A DNA stretch of 64,000 nt from Burkholderiales bacterium (lineage in GTDB: Bacteria; Pseudomonadota; Gammaproteobacteria; Burkholderiales; Burkholderiaceae_C). The notes below the pieces were generated by a model. That model worked only from the letters and a program-made list of their open reading frames with translations. It ran no database searches and had not been told where the DNA came from. Shown piece after piece: positions 1 through 11,189 of the stretch; positions within the stretch are counted from its first letter, which is position 1, and every line of letters starts with the position of its first letter. A program made the translations under genes and the position numbers. The stretch covers positions 3,518 through 67,517 of the forward strand of contig CANCVB010000011.1 of the NCBI GenBank assembly GCA_947381415.1, written 5' to 3'.

Positions 1-1
1 G

Positions 2-826
2 GCCCGCCAAGTGGGTGTGCCTTACATCATCGTGTTTTTGAACAAATGCGACATGGTCGACGACGCCGAACTGCTCGAGCTCGTTGAAATGGAAGTTCGC
101 GAGTTGCTCGACAAGTACGATTTCCCTGGCGACACCACCCCCATCATCCACGGTTCAGCCAAGCTGGCTTTGGAAGGTGACAAGGGCGAGTTGGGCGAGG
201 GCGCGATTTTGAAACTGGCTGAAGCCTTGGACAGCTACATCCCCACACCTGAGCGTGCGGTGGACGGTGCGTTCTTGATGCCTGTGGAAGATGTGTTCTC
301 TATCTCGGGTCGCGGCACGGTGGTGACTGGCCGTATCGAGCGCGGTATCGTCAAGGTGGGCGAAGAGATTGAGATTGTGGGTATCAAAGACACCGTCAAG
401 ACCACTTGCACGGGCGTGGAGATGTTCCGCAAGTTGTTGGACCAAGGTCAAGCGGGCGACAACGTGGGTATTTTGTTGCGCGGCACCAAGCGCGAAGACG
501 TGGAGCGTGGCCAAGTGCTGTGCAAGCCCGGCTCGATCAAGCCGCACACCCATTTCACGGCTGAGGTGTATGTGTTGAGCAAGGATGAGGGTGGACGCCA
601 CACGCCTTTCTTCAACAACTACCGTCCTCAGTTTTACTTCCGTACGACGGATGTGACCGGTGCGATCGAGTTGCCTGAAGGCAAGGAGATGGTGATGCCT
701 GGTGACAACGTGTCGATCACGGTGAAGTTGATTCACCCGATTGCGATGGAAGAGGGCTTGCGCTTTGCTATCCGCGAGGGCGGCAAAACCGTCGGCGCTG
801 GCGTCGTTGCCAAGATCATTGCTTAA
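2..826 (+). CDS. tuf: Elongation factor Tu (5' part outside window)
   Basis: [16 protein letters not shown]...GRGTVVTGR...[10 protein letters not shown] motifs; frame is open from position 2. Confidence 0.98.
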   Translation, partial: ARQVGVPYIIVFLNKCDMVDDAELLELVEMEVRELLDKYDFPGDTTPIIHGSAKLALEGDKGELGEGAILKLAEALDSYIPTPERAVDGAFLMPVEDVFSISGRGTVVTGRIERGIVKVGEEIEIVGIKDTVKTTCTGVEMFRKLLDQGQAGDNVGILLRGTKREDVERGQVLCKPGSIKPHTHFTAEVYVLSKDEGGRHTPFFNNYRPQFYFRTTDVTGAIELPEGKEMVMPGDNVSITVKLIHPIAMEEGLRFAIREGGKTVGAGVVAKIIA

Positions 827-835
827 GGAATACAC

Positions 836-1150
836 ATGTCAACCAAGCAAAAAATCCGCATTCGCCTTAAAGCATTCGATTACAAATTGATCGATCAATC
901 TGCTGCTGAAATTGTCGACACCGCCAAACGCACTGGTGCGATTGTCAAAGGCCCCGTGCCTTTGCCCACCCGCATGAAGCGCTTTGACATCTTGCGTTCG
1001 CCGCACGTCAACAAAGCCAGTCGTGACCAATTGGAAATCCGTACCCACCAACGCCTGATGGATATCGTCGACCCGACCGATAAAACCGTCGATGCATTGA
1101 TGAAGTTGGATTTGCCCGCTGGCGTCGATGTTGAAATCAAGCTGCAGTAA
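836..1150 (+). CDS. rpsJ: 30S ribosomal protein S10
   Basis: [11 protein letters not shown]...GPVPLPT motif; follows tuf. Confidence 0.98.
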   Translation: MSTKQKIRIRLKAFDYKLIDQSAAEIVDTAKRTGAIVKGPVPLPTRMKRFDILRSPHVNKASRDQLEIRTHQRLMDIVDPTDKTVDALMKLDLPAGVDVEIKLQ

Positions 1151-1201
1151 GTAATACCAAAGACATCGCCAACAACAATGTCTAGGTTCGAGATGTAAAG
1201 A

Positions 1202-1224
1202 AAAACTGGCCTTTGGCCAGTTTT
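1202..1224 (+). terminator. Hairpin (AAAACTGGCC-TTT-GGCCAGTTTT) between rpsJ and rplC, possible terminator
   Basis: Perfect 10-bp inverted repeat with A/T-rich flanks in a 187-nt intergenic gap. Confidence 0.5.
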
Positions 1225-1337
1225 CAGTTACAATCTCAGGCTCTGTGCATTTTGTACAGGGAAATTATCAACCTTCTCTCATACACCAAACGCTGTTGCC
1301 AATTGAAGTGACGGCGGTGAGAGTTTTGGAGAACAAC

Positions 1338-2009
1338 ATGAGTCAAAGCAACCGTTTGGGGTTGCTGGGCCGCAAGGTGGGCATGATGCGTCTGTTCACT
1401 GATGATGGGGACGCAGTGCCTGTCACAGTGGTGGATGTTTCAAACAACCGTGTAACCCAGGTCAAAACCCAAGAAAACGACGGCTATGTGGCCTTACAGG
1501 TCACATTCGGCGCGCGTAAAGCGTCGCGCGTGAACAAGCCCCAAGCAGGTCACCTGGCCAAAGCCGGTGTCGAAGCGGGCGAAGTCACCCAAGAATTCCA
1601 CGTTACCGCTGAAACTGCTGCGCAGTACCCCGCTGGAACGACTGTGCCCGTCACCGCCATCTTCAATGTGGGCGAAAAAGTTGACGTGCAAGGTACTTCT
1701 ATCGGTAAGGGTTTTGCCGGCACCATCAAGCGTCACAATTTCCGTTCACAGCGTGCCTCCCACGGTAACAGCCGTTCGCACAATGTGCCTGGCTCTATCT
1801 CTATGGCCCAAGACCCTGGCCGCGTTTTCCCCGGCAAGCGCATGTCTGGCCACATGGGAGACGAGACCGTTACCACCCAAAACCTGTCGGTGATTCGCAT
1901 CGATGAGGGCCGTCAACTCATCCTGATCAAGGGTGCAGTTCCCGGCTCCAAGGGTGGTTTTGTCACGGTTCGCCATGCCATCAAGGCTGCGCCTCAAGGA
2001 GTCAAATGA
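1338..2009 (+). CDS. rplC: 50S ribosomal protein L3
   Basis: [26 protein letters not shown]; ATG at 1338 after GGAGAA RBS. Confidence 0.97.
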   Translation: MSQSNRLGLLGRKVGMMRLFTDDGDAVPVTVVDVSNNRVTQVKTQENDGYVALQVTFGARKASRVNKPQAGHLAKAGVEAGEVTQEFHVTAETAAQYPAGTTVPVTAIFNVGEKVDVQGTSIGKGFAGTIKRHNFRSQRASHGNSRSHNVPGSISMAQDPGRVFPGKRMSGHMGDETVTTQNLSVIRIDEGRQLILIKGAVPGSKGGFVTVRHAIKAAPQGVK

Positions 2010-2629
2010 TGCAAATCGAACTCCTCAATGACCAAGGCCAAGCGGCTTCAAAATTTGATGCGCCCGAGACCCTGTTTGGTCGCGATTACAACGAAGACCT
2101 GATTCACCAAATCGTGGTGGCTTACCAAGCCAATGCGCGTCAAGGCACCCGTGCCCAAAAAGACCGCGAACAGGTCAAGCACTCCACCAAAAAGCCATTC
2201 AAGCAAAAGGGTACCGGCCGTGCCCGTGCGGGTATGACTTCTTCTCCCATTTGGCGTGGAGGCGGTCGCGCTTTCCCCAACAGTCCTGAAGAAAACTTTA
2301 CACAAAAAATCAACAAGAAGATGTACCGCGCAGGTATGGCCTCCATCTTTTCTCAGTTGGTGCGTGAAGGTCGTTTGGCTGTGGTGGACTCCATCAAGAT
2401 TGAAGCCCCTAAAACCAAATTGTTGGCTGCCAAACTCAAAGCGATGAACTTGCAATCGGTGCTTGTCATCTCTGAAGAGGTGGACGATAACTTGTACTTT
2501 GCGTCACGCAACCTGGCCAATGTGCTGGTGGTTGAACCCCGTTATGCCGATCCCGTTTCCTTGGTGCATTACAAAAAAGTGCTGATCACCAAAGGCGCGA
2601 TCGACAAACTCAAGGAGATGTTCGCATGA
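2006..2629 (+). CDS. rplD: 50S ribosomal protein L4
   Basis: [15 protein letters not shown] motif; S10 operon order. Confidence 0.97.
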   Translation: MMQIELLNDQGQAASKFDAPETLFGRDYNEDLIHQIVVAYQANARQGTRAQKDREQVKHSTKKPFKQKGTGRARAGMTSSPIWRGGGRAFPNSPEENFTQKINKKMYRAGMASIFSQLVREGRLAVVDSIKIEAPKTKLLAAKLKAMNLQSVLVISEEVDDNLYFASRNLANVLVVEPRYADPVSLVHYKKVLITKGAIDKLKEMFA

Positions 2630-2940
2630 GCACACCTAAGTTTGATGAAGGACGTTTGATGGCTGTGCTGGTCGCACCCATCGTCTCCGAGAAAGCCACC
2701 ATGGTGGCTGAAAAGTCCAATGCAGTCACTTTCAAAGTGCTGCAAAACGCCACCAAGCCCGAGATCAAGGCTGCCGTGGAATTGATGTTCAAGGTTGAAG
2801 TCAAGGGCGTGTCAGTGGTGAATACCAAAGGCAAGACCAAGCGCTTCGGTCGCTCCATCGGTCGTCGCGACAATGTTCGCAAAGCTTATGTGACATTGAA
2901 AGCTGGGCAAGAGCTCAACTTGTCAGGAGAGGTGGCTTAA
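2626..2940 (+). CDS. rplW: 50S ribosomal protein L23
   Basis: PIVSEKA...KKAYVTL-like motif; operon order. Confidence 0.96.
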   Translation: MSTPKFDEGRLMAVLVAPIVSEKATMVAEKSNAVTFKVLQNATKPEIKAAVELMFKVEVKGVSVVNTKGKTKRFGRSIGRRDNVRKAYVTLKAGQELNLSGEVA

Positions 2941-2942
2941 CC

Positions 2943-3767
2943 ATGGCAGTCGTCAAAATGAAACCCACTTCACCTGGCCAACGTGCCGTGGTGAAAGTGA
3001 CCCGAGACCATTTGTTCAAAGGCCCTGCATATGCGCCTTTGCTCGAACCGCAATTCCAAAAAGCGGGTCGCAACAACAATGGTCACATCACCACCCGTCA
3101 CAAGGGCGGTGGACACAAGCATCACTATCGCGTGGTCGATTTCCGTCGCTCTAAAGATGGCATTCCAGCCAAAGTAGAGCGCATTGAATACGACCCCAAC
3201 CGTACAGCACACATTGCATTGGTTTGCTACGCTGACGGCGAGCGTGCCTACATCATTGCACCTCGCGGCTTGGAAGTCGGCGCCACCATCCAAAGTGGTT
3301 CTGAAGCCCCTATCCGTGCTGGCAACACTTTGCCCATTCGCAACATCCCAGTGGGTTCAACCATCCACTGCATCGAATTACGTCCCGGCAAAGGCGCACA
3401 AATTGCGCGCTCTGCAGGTACATCGGCCACTTTGTTGGCGCGCGAAGGTACCTATGCCCAGGTGCGTATGCGCTCTGGCGAGGTCCGCAAAATTCACATT
3501 GAGTGCCGCGCCACCATTGGCGAGGTTGCCAACGAAGAGCACAGCTTGCGTCAATTGGGCAAGGCGGGTGTCAAGCGTTGGATGGGTATTCGACCCACAG
3601 TGCGTGGTGTTGCCATGAACCCTATCGATCACCCACACGGTGGCGGCGAAGGTCGTACCGGCGAAGGCCGTGCAGCAGTTGACCCATGGGGCAACTTGAC
3701 CAAGGGCTATCGCACCCGTAACAACAAGCGCACGCAAGTCATGATCGTCTCGCGTCGCAAGAAATAA
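2943..3767 (+). CDS. rplB: 50S ribosomal protein L2
   Basis: [29 protein letters not shown] motifs. Confidence 0.98.
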   Translation: MAVVKMKPTSPGQRAVVKVTRDHLFKGPAYAPLLEPQFQKAGRNNNGHITTRHKGGGHKHHYRVVDFRRSKDGIPAKVERIEYDPNRTAHIALVCYADGERAYIIAPRGLEVGATIQSGSEAPIRAGNTLPIRNIPVGSTIHCIELRPGKGAQIARSAGTSATLLAREGTYAQVRMRSGEVRKIHIECRATIGEVANEEHSLRQLGKAGVKRWMGIRPTVRGVAMNPIDHPHGGGEGRTGEGRAAVDPWGNLTKGYRTRNNKRTQVMIVSRRKK

Positions 3768-3777
3768 GGGTTAACAC

Positions 3778-4056
3778 ATGACACGCTCACTCAAAAAAGG
3801 TCCGTTTGTCGATCACCACTTGTTGGCCAAGGCGGAAAAAGCCGTTGCCACCAAGGACAAAAAACCAATCAAAACCTGGTCACGTCGCTCTATGGTCTTG
3901 CCTGATTTCATCGGTTTGACCATCGCGGTTCACAACGGCAAGCAACATGTGCCGGTCTACATCACCGACCAAATGGTGGGTCACAAGTTGGGCGAATTCG
4001 CCTTGACGCGTACCTTCAAAGGCCATCCGGCGGACAAAAAAGTCCAGAAGAAGTAA
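3778..4056 (+). CDS. rpsS: 30S ribosomal protein S19
   Basis: [18 protein letters not shown] motifs. Confidence 0.98.
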   Translation: MTRSLKKGPFVDHHLLAKAEKAVATKDKKPIKTWSRRSMVLPDFIGLTIAVHNGKQHVPVYITDQMVGHKLGEFALTRTFKGHPADKKVQKK

Positions 4057-4065
4057 GGAGCAGCT

Positions 4066-4395
4066 ATGGAAACACGTGCAGTTCTGCGAGGTGTGCGCTT
4101 ATCGGTCGACAAAGGCCGTTTGGTAGCAGACTTGATTCGCGGTAAAAAGGTGGACCAGGCTTTGAACATCCTGACCTTCACACAGAAAAAAGCAGCGGGC
4201 ATTGTTAAAAAGGTGCTCGAATCCGCTATCGCCAATGCTGAGCACAACGATGGTGCTGACATTGACGAGTTGCGCGTCAAGACCATTTACGTGGAGCAAG
4301 GCGCAACCCTCAAGCGTTTCACAGCTCGCGCCAAAGGCCGCGGCAACAGCATCAGCAAGCCCACATGCCACGTGTATGTGACGGTTGGCAACTGA
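4066..4395 (+). CDS. rplV: 50S ribosomal protein L22
   Basis: [17 protein letters not shown] motifs. Confidence 0.97.
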   Translation: METRAVLRGVRLSVDKGRLVADLIRGKKVDQALNILTFTQKKAAGIVKKVLESAIANAEHNDGADIDELRVKTIYVEQGATLKRFTARAKGRGNSISKPTCHVYVTVGN

Positions 4396-4410
4396 AAGGT
4401 CTAGGAAAAT

Positions 4411-5298
4411 ATGGGACAAAAAATCCACCCCACCGGTTTTCGCCTGTCGGTGAGCCGCAATTGGGCCAGCCGCTGGTATGCAAGCAACAAAGACTTCGCT
4501 GGCATGCTGGCTGAAGACATCAAGGTGCGTGAATACCTCAAGGTCAAACTCAAGAGCGCTGCTGTCTCGCGCATCTTGATCGAGCGTCCTGCCAAAAATG
4601 CCCGCATCACGATTTTTTCCGCACGACCTGGCGTGGTCATCGGCAAAAAAGGTGAGGACATTGAAAACCTCAAGAAAGAATTGGCCGCACGTTTGGGCGT
4701 GCCTGTCGCCGTCAACATCGAAGAAGTGCGCAAGCCCGAAATCGATGCCCAATTGATCGCTGACAGCATCACCCAGCAGCTTGAAAAACGCATCATGTTC
4801 CGTCGCGCCATGAAGCGCGCCATGCAAAACGCCATGCGTCTGGGTGCCCAAGGCATCAAGATCATGTCGGCTGGTCGTTTGAACGGTATCGAAATTGCGC
4901 GTACCGAGTGGTACCGCGAAGGTCGTGTGCCACTTCACACCTTGCGCGCTGATATTGACTACGCCACCTCTGAAGCCAAAACCACTTACGGCATCATCGG
5001 TGTGAAGGTGTGGGTCTACAAAGGCGACACACTGGGTCGCAATGACGCACCTGCTGCACAAGAACCACGCACAGAAGACGAACGCCGCCCACGCGGTCCA
5101 CGTCGCGATGCTCGCCCAACTGGCGATCGTCCACCAGCACGTGGCGCTCGTCGCCCTGCTGGCACCAATGCCGCACCGGCGGATGGCAGCGATAAACCCG
5201 CTGAAGCCACCGATGCTCCCAAAACCACCGTCAAGCGCGTCCGCAAGGTAGCCGCGCCCGCATCCACTGGCACGGCTGCGGACGGCAAAGGAGAATAA
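4411..5298 (+). CDS. rpsC: 30S ribosomal protein S3 with Ala/Pro/Arg-rich C-terminal tail
   Basis: [26 protein letters not shown] motifs. Confidence 0.98.
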   Translation: MGQKIHPTGFRLSVSRNWASRWYASNKDFAGMLAEDIKVREYLKVKLKSAAVSRILIERPAKNARITIFSARPGVVIGKKGEDIENLKKELAARLGVPVAVNIEEVRKPEIDAQLIADSITQQLEKRIMFRRAMKRAMQNAMRLGAQGIKIMSAGRLNGIEIARTEWYREGRVPLHTLRADIDYATSEAKTTYGIIGVKVWVYKGDTLGRNDAPAAQEPRTEDERRPRGPRRDARPTGDRPPARGARRPAGTNAAPADGSDKPAEATDAPKTTVKRVRKVAAPASTGTAADGKGE

Positions 5299-5300
5299 GC

Positions 5301-5717
5301 ATGCTGCAACCAGCGCGCCGTAAATACCGCAAAGAACAAAAAGGCCGCAACACCGGCATTGCCACCCGTGGCAATACCGTGGCCTTTGGTGACTTTGGCT
5401 TGAAATCAACCGACCGTGGTCGTTTGACAGCTCGCCAAATCGAGTCCGCTCGTCGTGCCATCTCTCGTCACGTCAAACGGGGTGGACGCATTTGGATTCG
5501 CATCTTCCCCGACAAACCCATTTCCCAAAAGCCTGCTGAGGTGCGTATGGGTAACGGTAAAGGCAACCCCGAGTACTACGTGGCTGAAATTCAGCCCGGC
5601 AAGGTGTTGTATGAAATCGTGGGTGTGCCCGAAGAACTCGCGCGTGAAGCATTCCGTTTGGCCGCTGCCAAACTGCCTTTGCGCACCACCTTTGTTTCCC
5701 GCCTGATTGGCCAATGA
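5301..5717 (+). CDS. rplP: 50S ribosomal protein L16
   Basis: [14 protein letters not shown] motif. Confidence 0.98.
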   Translation: MLQPARRKYRKEQKGRNTGIATRGNTVAFGDFGLKSTDRGRLTARQIESARRAISRHVKRGGRIWIRIFPDKPISQKPAEVRMGNGKGNPEYYVAEIQPGKVLYEIVGVPEELAREAFRLAAAKLPLRTTFVSRLIGQ

Positions 5718-5730
5718 TTCAGGAGACACC

Positions 5731-5931
5731 ATGAAAACATCTGAATTACGTCAAAAAGACACTGCAGGTTTGCAAACGGAAATCAAAGAATTGCAAAAAG
5801 CGCATTTCAATATGCGCATGCAAAAAGCCACCCAACAACTCAACAACACGGCCCAAATGAAAGTGGCCCGTCGCAGCATTGCGCGTGCCAAAACCATTTT
5901 GGCCGAACAACAAGCCAAGGCGAAGGAGTGA
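5731..5931 (+). CDS. rpmC: 50S ribosomal protein L29
   Basis: MKTSELR...RRSIARAKT; ATG after AGGAGA RBS. Confidence 0.95.
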   Translation: MKTSELRQKDTAGLQTEIKELQKAHFNMRMQKATQQLNNTAQMKVARRSIARAKTILAEQQAKAKE

Positions 5932-5933
5932 AC

Positions 5934-6203
5934 ATGACAGAAGCTAAAACCTCACTCAAACGCACCTTGATTGGCAAAGTTGTCAGTGCCAAACGTGCCA
6001 AAACAGTCACCGTGTTGGTGGAGCGCCGCGTCAAGCATGCGCTCTACGGCAAGATTGTGGGCAAATCCAGCAAATACCATGCGCACGACGAGAACGGTCA
6101 ATACCACTTAGGTGATGTGATCGAAATCACTGAAAGCCGCCCCATCTCCAAAACCAAAAATTGGGTAGCTACCCGCTTGGTTGAAAAGGCACCTGCGGTT
6201 TAA
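5934..6203 (+). CDS. rpsQ: 30S ribosomal protein S17
   Basis: [16 protein letters not shown] motifs. Confidence 0.97.
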   Translation: MTEAKTSLKRTLIGKVVSAKRAKTVTVLVERRVKHALYGKIVGKSSKYHAHDENGQYHLGDVIEITESRPISKTKNWVATRLVEKAPAV

Positions 6204-6235
6204 GTACTATCAGATTGTTTCAAAACACAATCTTC

Positions 6236-6264
6236 AAAATGACCCACAATCGTGGGTCATTTTT
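6236..6264 (+). terminator. Intrinsic terminator after rpsQ
   Basis: 12-bp stem AAAATGACCCAC/GTGGGTCATTTT plus T tail. Confidence 0.75.
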
Positions 6265-6282
6265 CATTTCAAGGAGCAAAAC

Positions 6283-6789
6283 ATGATCAAAGTTGGCGAC
6301 ACCCTGCCCCACTCCGTGCTGATGGAGTATTCCGAAGTTGAGGGCAATGGCTGCAGCATTGGCCCCAACCCGGTCGATGTGGCCAAAGCCTCTGCTGGAC
6401 AAACCATCGCTTTGTTTGCCTTGCCTGGTGCCTTCACGCCAACCTGCTCGGCCAAGCATGTGCCTGGCTACTTGGACAAGCACGCTGAATTGACCGCAGC
6501 GGGCGTGGATGAGATTTGGTGCGTCAGCGTCAATGATGCGTTTGTCATGGGCGCATGGGGTCGTGAATTGCATGCTGCAGGCAAAGTGCGCATGTTGGGT
6601 GATGGGGATGCCGAGTTCACCAAAGCCACTGGTTTGACACTTGACCTCACAGGCAAAGGTTTGGGCTTGCGCTCTAACCGCTACTCTATGCTCGTGAAGG
6701 ACGGCAAAGTGGTCACGTTGAATATCGAAGGCCCAGGTAAATTTGAAGTCAGCGACGCTGACACCTTGCTCTCTCAGACCAGACACTGA
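6283..6789 (+). CDS. Peroxiredoxin (Prx5/redoxin family)
   Basis: PGAFTPTCS active site, CVSVNDAFVM; ATG after AAGGAG. Confidence 0.93.
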   Translation: MIKVGDTLPHSVLMEYSEVEGNGCSIGPNPVDVAKASAGQTIALFALPGAFTPTCSAKHVPGYLDKHAELTAAGVDEIWCVSVNDAFVMGAWGRELHAAGKVRMLGDGDAEFTKATGLTLDLTGKGLGLRSNRYSMLVKDGKVVTLNIEGPGKFEVSDADTLLSQTRH

Positions 6790-6866
6790 TTCACAGATCA
6801 ACCGTCAGACAGTGCCAGCCAGCATCAAAGTGTGACGGCAGGTTGGCACTTCTTCCCTAGCAAGCC

Positions 6867-8111
6867 CTAAATGGCTTGCGCTTGGCGCAAGGCCTCGCGT
6901 TGGACGGAATCGAGATTGAGCCATTCTTGCAACACTTCGTCGGTATGCTGACCCAACAGTGGTGGCGCTAAGTCACAGCGAACAGGCGTCACGCTGAGCT
7001 TCATGGGACTGGCCACCAAATCCAGCGGTACGCCTAAAGCATGTTGCCAGTGGTCAACCATGTGGCGCGCTTGAACATGGGGATCGGCAAACACTTCGGC
7101 CAAGGTATTGATGGGACCGCACGGCACCTTGGCGGCCTCTAAGGCCTCCAGCCAAACATACTTGCCCCGCGTGCGTAAAACAGCCGCTAGCAGAGGTACC
7201 AGCACTTCGCGAAAACGAACCCGGTCTTGGTTGCGAACAAACCGAGGGTCTTGGGCCCAATCGGCATGGCCAAGCACTTCGCAAAGTTTGGCGAATTGAC
7301 CGTCGTTACCCACGGCCACAATCACAAAATCGCGCTCGCCCGATGCTTTCGGTGCGGTTTCAAAGACTTGGTAGGGCACGATATTCACATGGGCGTTACC
7401 CATGCGTTGCGGGGGAGCTGCAGTGGCACCGTTGACCAAGAAATTGGCGCCTAAATTGGCCAGCATGGCTACCTGGGTATCCAGCAAGGCCATGTCAATA
7501 TGCTGGCCCAGACCCGTGCGTTCAGCATGGCGAATCGCCGCCAAAATGGCAACGGTGGCATACATGCCCGTGAACAAATCTGCCACCGCCACACCGACCT
7601 TTTGCGGGCCACCGCCGAGGTCGTCGCGCTCCCCTGTCACACTCATCAAGCCACCCATCGCTTGCACCGCAAAGTCATAACCAGCGCGTGCACGGTAGGG
7701 GCCAGTTTGGCCAAAACCGGTGATGCTGCAGTAAACCAAACGGGGATTGATGGCTTTGAGTGTGGCGTAGTCGATGCCGTATTTCTCCATATCACCGACT
7801 TTATAATTTTCAATGAACACCTGACTATGTGCGGCCAGCGAGCGAATCAGGTCTTGCCCTTGGGGACTGGCGATGTCGCAGGTGACGGAGCGCTTGTTGC
7901 GGTTGGCACCCAGGTAATAAGCGGATTCAGCGCTGGCTTCACCTTGTGCATCATGCAAAAAAGGCGGCCCCCAACCACGGGTATCGTCACCGGTGCCGGG
8001 TCGCTCAATCTTCACCACGTCGGCGCCCAAATCGGCCAATATTTGGGTGGACCAAGGGCCGGCGAGGACACGGGACAGGTCTAAAACACGGATGCCGTTC
8101 AAAGCGTTCAT
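6867..8111 (-). CDS. CaiB/BaiF family CoA transferase
   Basis: VLDLSRVLAGP, GADVVKIERP, NRNKRS motifs. Confidence 0.93.
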   Translation of the reverse strand: MNALNGIRVLDLSRVLAGPWSTQILADLGADVVKIERPGTGDDTRGWGPPFLHDAQGEASAESAYYLGANRNKRSVTCDIASPQGQDLIRSLAAHSQVFIENYKVGDMEKYGIDYATLKAINPRLVYCSITGFGQTGPYRARAGYDFAVQAMGGLMSVTGERDDLGGGPQKVGVAVADLFTGMYATVAILAAIRHAERTGLGQHIDMALLDTQVAMLANLGANFLVNGATAAPPQRMGNAHVNIVPYQVFETAPKASGERDFVIVAVGNDGQFAKLCEVLGHADWAQDPRFVRNQDRVRFREVLVPLLAAVLRTRGKYVWLEALEAAKVPCGPINTLAEVFADPHVQARHMVDHWQHALGVPLDLVASPMKLSVTPVRCDLAPPLLGQHTDEVLQEWLNLDSVQREALRQAQAI

Positions 8112-8172
8112 AGATTCATTATTGCAAAGCCAACAACAAGGGTGATAATTCAAGGGTTTTTGACAAATTCAC

Positions 8173-8580
8173 ATGAGCACCCGCATTCTTCTCATTGCAC
8201 ACGCCCCCTTGGCCACCGCCCTGAGGGATTGTGCTTTGCATGTTTTCCCCGAATGCGCCAGCGAGCTGATCGCCATCGATGTGCCTGCGCACGAAGCCCC
8301 TGAAGACACACTCAAAGCGGCCCAACAATTGTTAGGCCAATCTTTGGATGAAAACACCTTGGTGTTGACCGACGTGTTTGGTGCCACGCCTTCCAATATT
8401 GCGAAGCGCTTGGTCGAAGGTGTGCAGTCGCGTCTGATCGCAGGTGTGAATTTGCCCATGCTGTTGCGCAGCGTCTGCTACCGCCATGAACCTTTGGATG
8501 TGTTGACACAGCGCGCCCTCTCGGGCGGTGCGCAAGGTGTGATGCAGGTTGCCTGTGACAACACTTCTGTATCTTCTTGA
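8173..8580 (+). CDS. PTS EIIA component, mannose/fructose type
   Basis: LIAHAPLA, DVFGATPSN, GVNLPML motifs. Confidence 0.9.
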   Translation: MSTRILLIAHAPLATALRDCALHVFPECASELIAIDVPAHEAPEDTLKAAQQLLGQSLDENTLVLTDVFGATPSNIAKRLVEGVQSRLIAGVNLPMLLRSVCYRHEPLDVLTQRALSGGAQGVMQVACDNTSVSS

Positions 8581-8587
8581 AATAACT

Positions 8588-8857
8588 ATGCTCAAACAAA
8601 CCACCAACGTCGTCAACAAACTGGGCTTGCATGCCAGAGCATCGGCCAAGCTCACCAAACTGGCGGGTGCTTTCCCCTGCCAAGTCTGGATCACCAAAGG
8701 TGAACGCCGCGTCAATGCCAAAAGCATCATGGGTGTCATGATGTTGGCTGCAGGCATAGGCAGTGTTGTCGAAATTGAAACCGATGGCGACCAAGAAGCC
8801 GCAGCGCTGCAGGCCTTGCTCGACTTGTTTGCCGATAAATTTGGCGAAGGTCAATAA
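8588..8857 (+). CDS. ptsH: Phosphocarrier protein HPr
   Basis: GLHARAS, NAKSIMGVM motifs. Confidence 0.95.
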   Translation: MLKQTTNVVNKLGLHARASAKLTKLAGAFPCQVWITKGERRVNAKSIMGVMMLAAGIGSVVEIETDGDQEAAALQALLDLFADKFGEGQ

Positions 8858-8861
8858 GCCC

Positions 8862-10622
8862 ATGACATTTTCAATACACGGCTTGGCAGTGGCGCGTGGC
8901 ATCGCCATTGGTAAAGCCGTGTTGGTCGCCTCAAGCCGTGTAGATGTCGCCCATTACTTCATTGAACCTGCTCAGATCGCGTCGGAGCTAGCGCGCATTG
9001 ACCAATCGCGGCAAGCCGTGATGTTGGAAGTGCAGCGCTTGCAAAAACTGGTGCCCAAAGATGCCCCGCCCGAACTTTCAGCTTTGCTGGAAGTTCACCT
9101 GATGCTGTTGCAAGACGAGTTACTGGCTGAAGGCGTCAAGCACTGGGTAACAGACCGTTTGTACAACGCCGAATGGGCGCTCACCTCGCAGCTGGAGGTC
9201 GTGGCCCGTCAATTTGATGACATGGAAGACGCCTATTTGCGTGAGCGCAAAGGGGACCTGGAGCAAGTGGTTGAGCGCTTATTGCGCCACATGAAAGGCT
9301 TGCCCACCAGTTTGCCGCAGCCCGCGCAGCGCAAACCTGGCACATGGCAACAAGACCAGTTGCTAGACGACAGCCATGATGTGCCCTTGGTATTGATCGC
9401 CCACGACTTGTCGCCAGCAGACATGTTGCAATTCAAGCAAAGCGTGTTTACCGGGTTTGTCACCGATGTGGGTGGCAAAACCTCGCACACAGCGATTGTG
9501 GCAAGAAGTTTAGACATACCGGCCGTGGTGGGTGCGCGTAACGCCAGCCATTTGGTTCACCAAGACGACTGGGTCATCATCGATGGCGATGCCGGCGTCA
9601 TCATCGTCAGTCCGTCACCGATCATCTTGGCGGAATACGCCTTCAAGCAGCGCCAAGCACAGCTAGAACGCGAGCGACTGACCCGTTTGCGTCACACGCC
9701 CTCGGTGACCTTGGCTGGCCAAAAAATTCAGTTGCTGGCAAACATTGAGTTGCCCGAAGACGCCGCTGTGGCCTTGTCGGTAGGCGCGGTTGGCGTGGGC
9801 TTGTTCCGAAGTGAATTTTTGTTCATGGGGCGCGAGGGCGAGTTGCCGGGCGAAGAAGAACAATACCAAGCCTACCGTCGTGCTGTCGAGGGCATGAAAG
9901 GTTTGCCAGTCACTATTCGCACAGTAGATGTGGGTGCAGACAAGCCCTTAGACCGCACCAGCAAAGACGAAGCCCACCTTAACCCTGCTTTGGGCTTGCG
10001 CGCGATACGTTGGAGTTTGGCAGACCCCAGCATGTTCTTGAGCCAATTGCGCGCTATTTTGCGTGCAGCATTGCATGGCTCGGTGAATTTGCTCATACCC
10101 ATGCTGGCGCATACCCGTGAAATCCATCAAACCTTTGTGTTGCTGGCGCAAGCAAGGGAACAATTGGATAAAAAAGGTGTGGCATACGGCGCCGTCAAAG
10201 TGGGTGCCATGATTGAGGTGCCCGCAGCTGCACTCAATTTGCCGGTATTTTTGAAGTATTTTGATTTTTTATCGGTCGGTACTAACGATTTGATCCAATA
10301 CACCTTGGCGATTGACCGCGCCGATGAGCAGGTGGCCCACCTGTATGACCCATTGCACCCAGCTATTTTGCAACTGGTCGCCAACACCATCGCGCAAGGC
10401 GCGGCCGCGGGCAAAGACATCAGTTTGTGTGGAGAGATGGCAGGCGACCCCACACTGACACGCTTGCTGTTAGGTTTGGGCTTGCGTCAATTTTCAATGC
10501 ACCCTACCCAGATTTTGCGAGTCAAACAAGAAGTCTTGCGTGCAGATGCCGGGCGCTTGGCGGCTTGGGCCCAGCGCGTGATGGCGGCGGAAGACCCCGC
10601 AGCCGAAATGCTGGTCCCTTAA
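8862..10622 (+). CDS. ptsI: PTS enzyme I
   Basis: TSHTAIVAR, GLFRSEFL, SVGTNDLIQY, LCGEMA motifs. Confidence 0.96.
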   Translation: MTFSIHGLAVARGIAIGKAVLVASSRVDVAHYFIEPAQIASELARIDQSRQAVMLEVQRLQKLVPKDAPPELSALLEVHLMLLQDELLAEGVKHWVTDRLYNAEWALTSQLEVVARQFDDMEDAYLRERKGDLEQVVERLLRHMKGLPTSLPQPAQRKPGTWQQDQLLDDSHDVPLVLIAHDLSPADMLQFKQSVFTGFVTDVGGKTSHTAIVARSLDIPAVVGARNASHLVHQDDWVIIDGDAGVIIVSPSPIILAEYAFKQRQAQLERERLTRLRHTPSVTLAGQKIQLLANIELPEDAAVALSVGAVGVGLFRSEFLFMGREGELPGEEEQYQAYRRAVEGMKGLPVTIRTVDVGADKPLDRTSKDEAHLNPALGLRAIRWSLADPSMFLSQLRAILRAALHGSVNLLIPMLAHTREIHQTFVLLAQAREQLDKKGVAYGAVKVGAMIEVPAAALNLPVFLKYFDFLSVGTNDLIQYTLAIDRADEQVAHLYDPLHPAILQLVANTIAQGAAAGKDISLCGEMAGDPTLTRLLLGLGLRQFSMHPTQILRVKQEVLRADAGRLAAWAQRVMAAEDPAAEMLVP

Positions 10623-11113
10623 ATCAAACCGATCACGCTGTCGTCGGTGAACACCGTCTCTAAGGGGAAGCGTTGCCCGCGTGCGTGGTCTTGTGCGCAG
10701 CGCAGCAGCAAACGACTGCGGTGACGGCTTTCGGTGGCTTGCATTTCATCCATGCCCATCCACAAGGTACGCACAATGCCCTCGTCCAGCGACCTGTGGG
10801 CCTCATGCGCGCCGAGTACACCGGTGAAAGCAAAACGCAGGTAAGTGATGTCTTGGGCGGGCGCGTCGGCGCTGGCTTGTTTGAAAAAGCGAGACAAATA
10901 CACGCCGACCAAGGCGGTGGGGGTGAAGTGATAAGCCGTTTCTTCCAGTACCTCACGCACACAGGCTTGCACGGGCGACTCCCCGGGGTCGAGGTGACCG
11001 GCTGGGTTGTTGAACATCAAGCCATTGGGGGTGTGTTCCTCAACCAGCAAGTAACGACCGTCTTTTTCAATGATGCCAGCAACGGTGACGCTGGGCTTCC
11101 ATCTTTCCATCAT
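10619..11113 (-). CDS. NUDIX hydrolase
   Basis: Nudix box GHLDPGESPVQACVREVLEETA. Confidence 0.92.
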   Translation of the reverse strand: MMERWKPSVTVAGIIEKDGRYLLVEEHTPNGLMFNNPAGHLDPGESPVQACVREVLEETAYHFTPTALVGVYLSRFFKQASADAPAQDITYLRFAFTGVLGAHEAHRSLDEGIVRTLWMGMDEMQATESRHRSRLLLRCAQDHARGQRFPLETVFTDDSVIGLI

Positions 11114-11189
11114 GGTGCAAAATCACCCCTTTGTCTGGGCGCATTGTGAATCTGCGATGATTCTCGCCCATTGAGTGGAGGAGATAACC

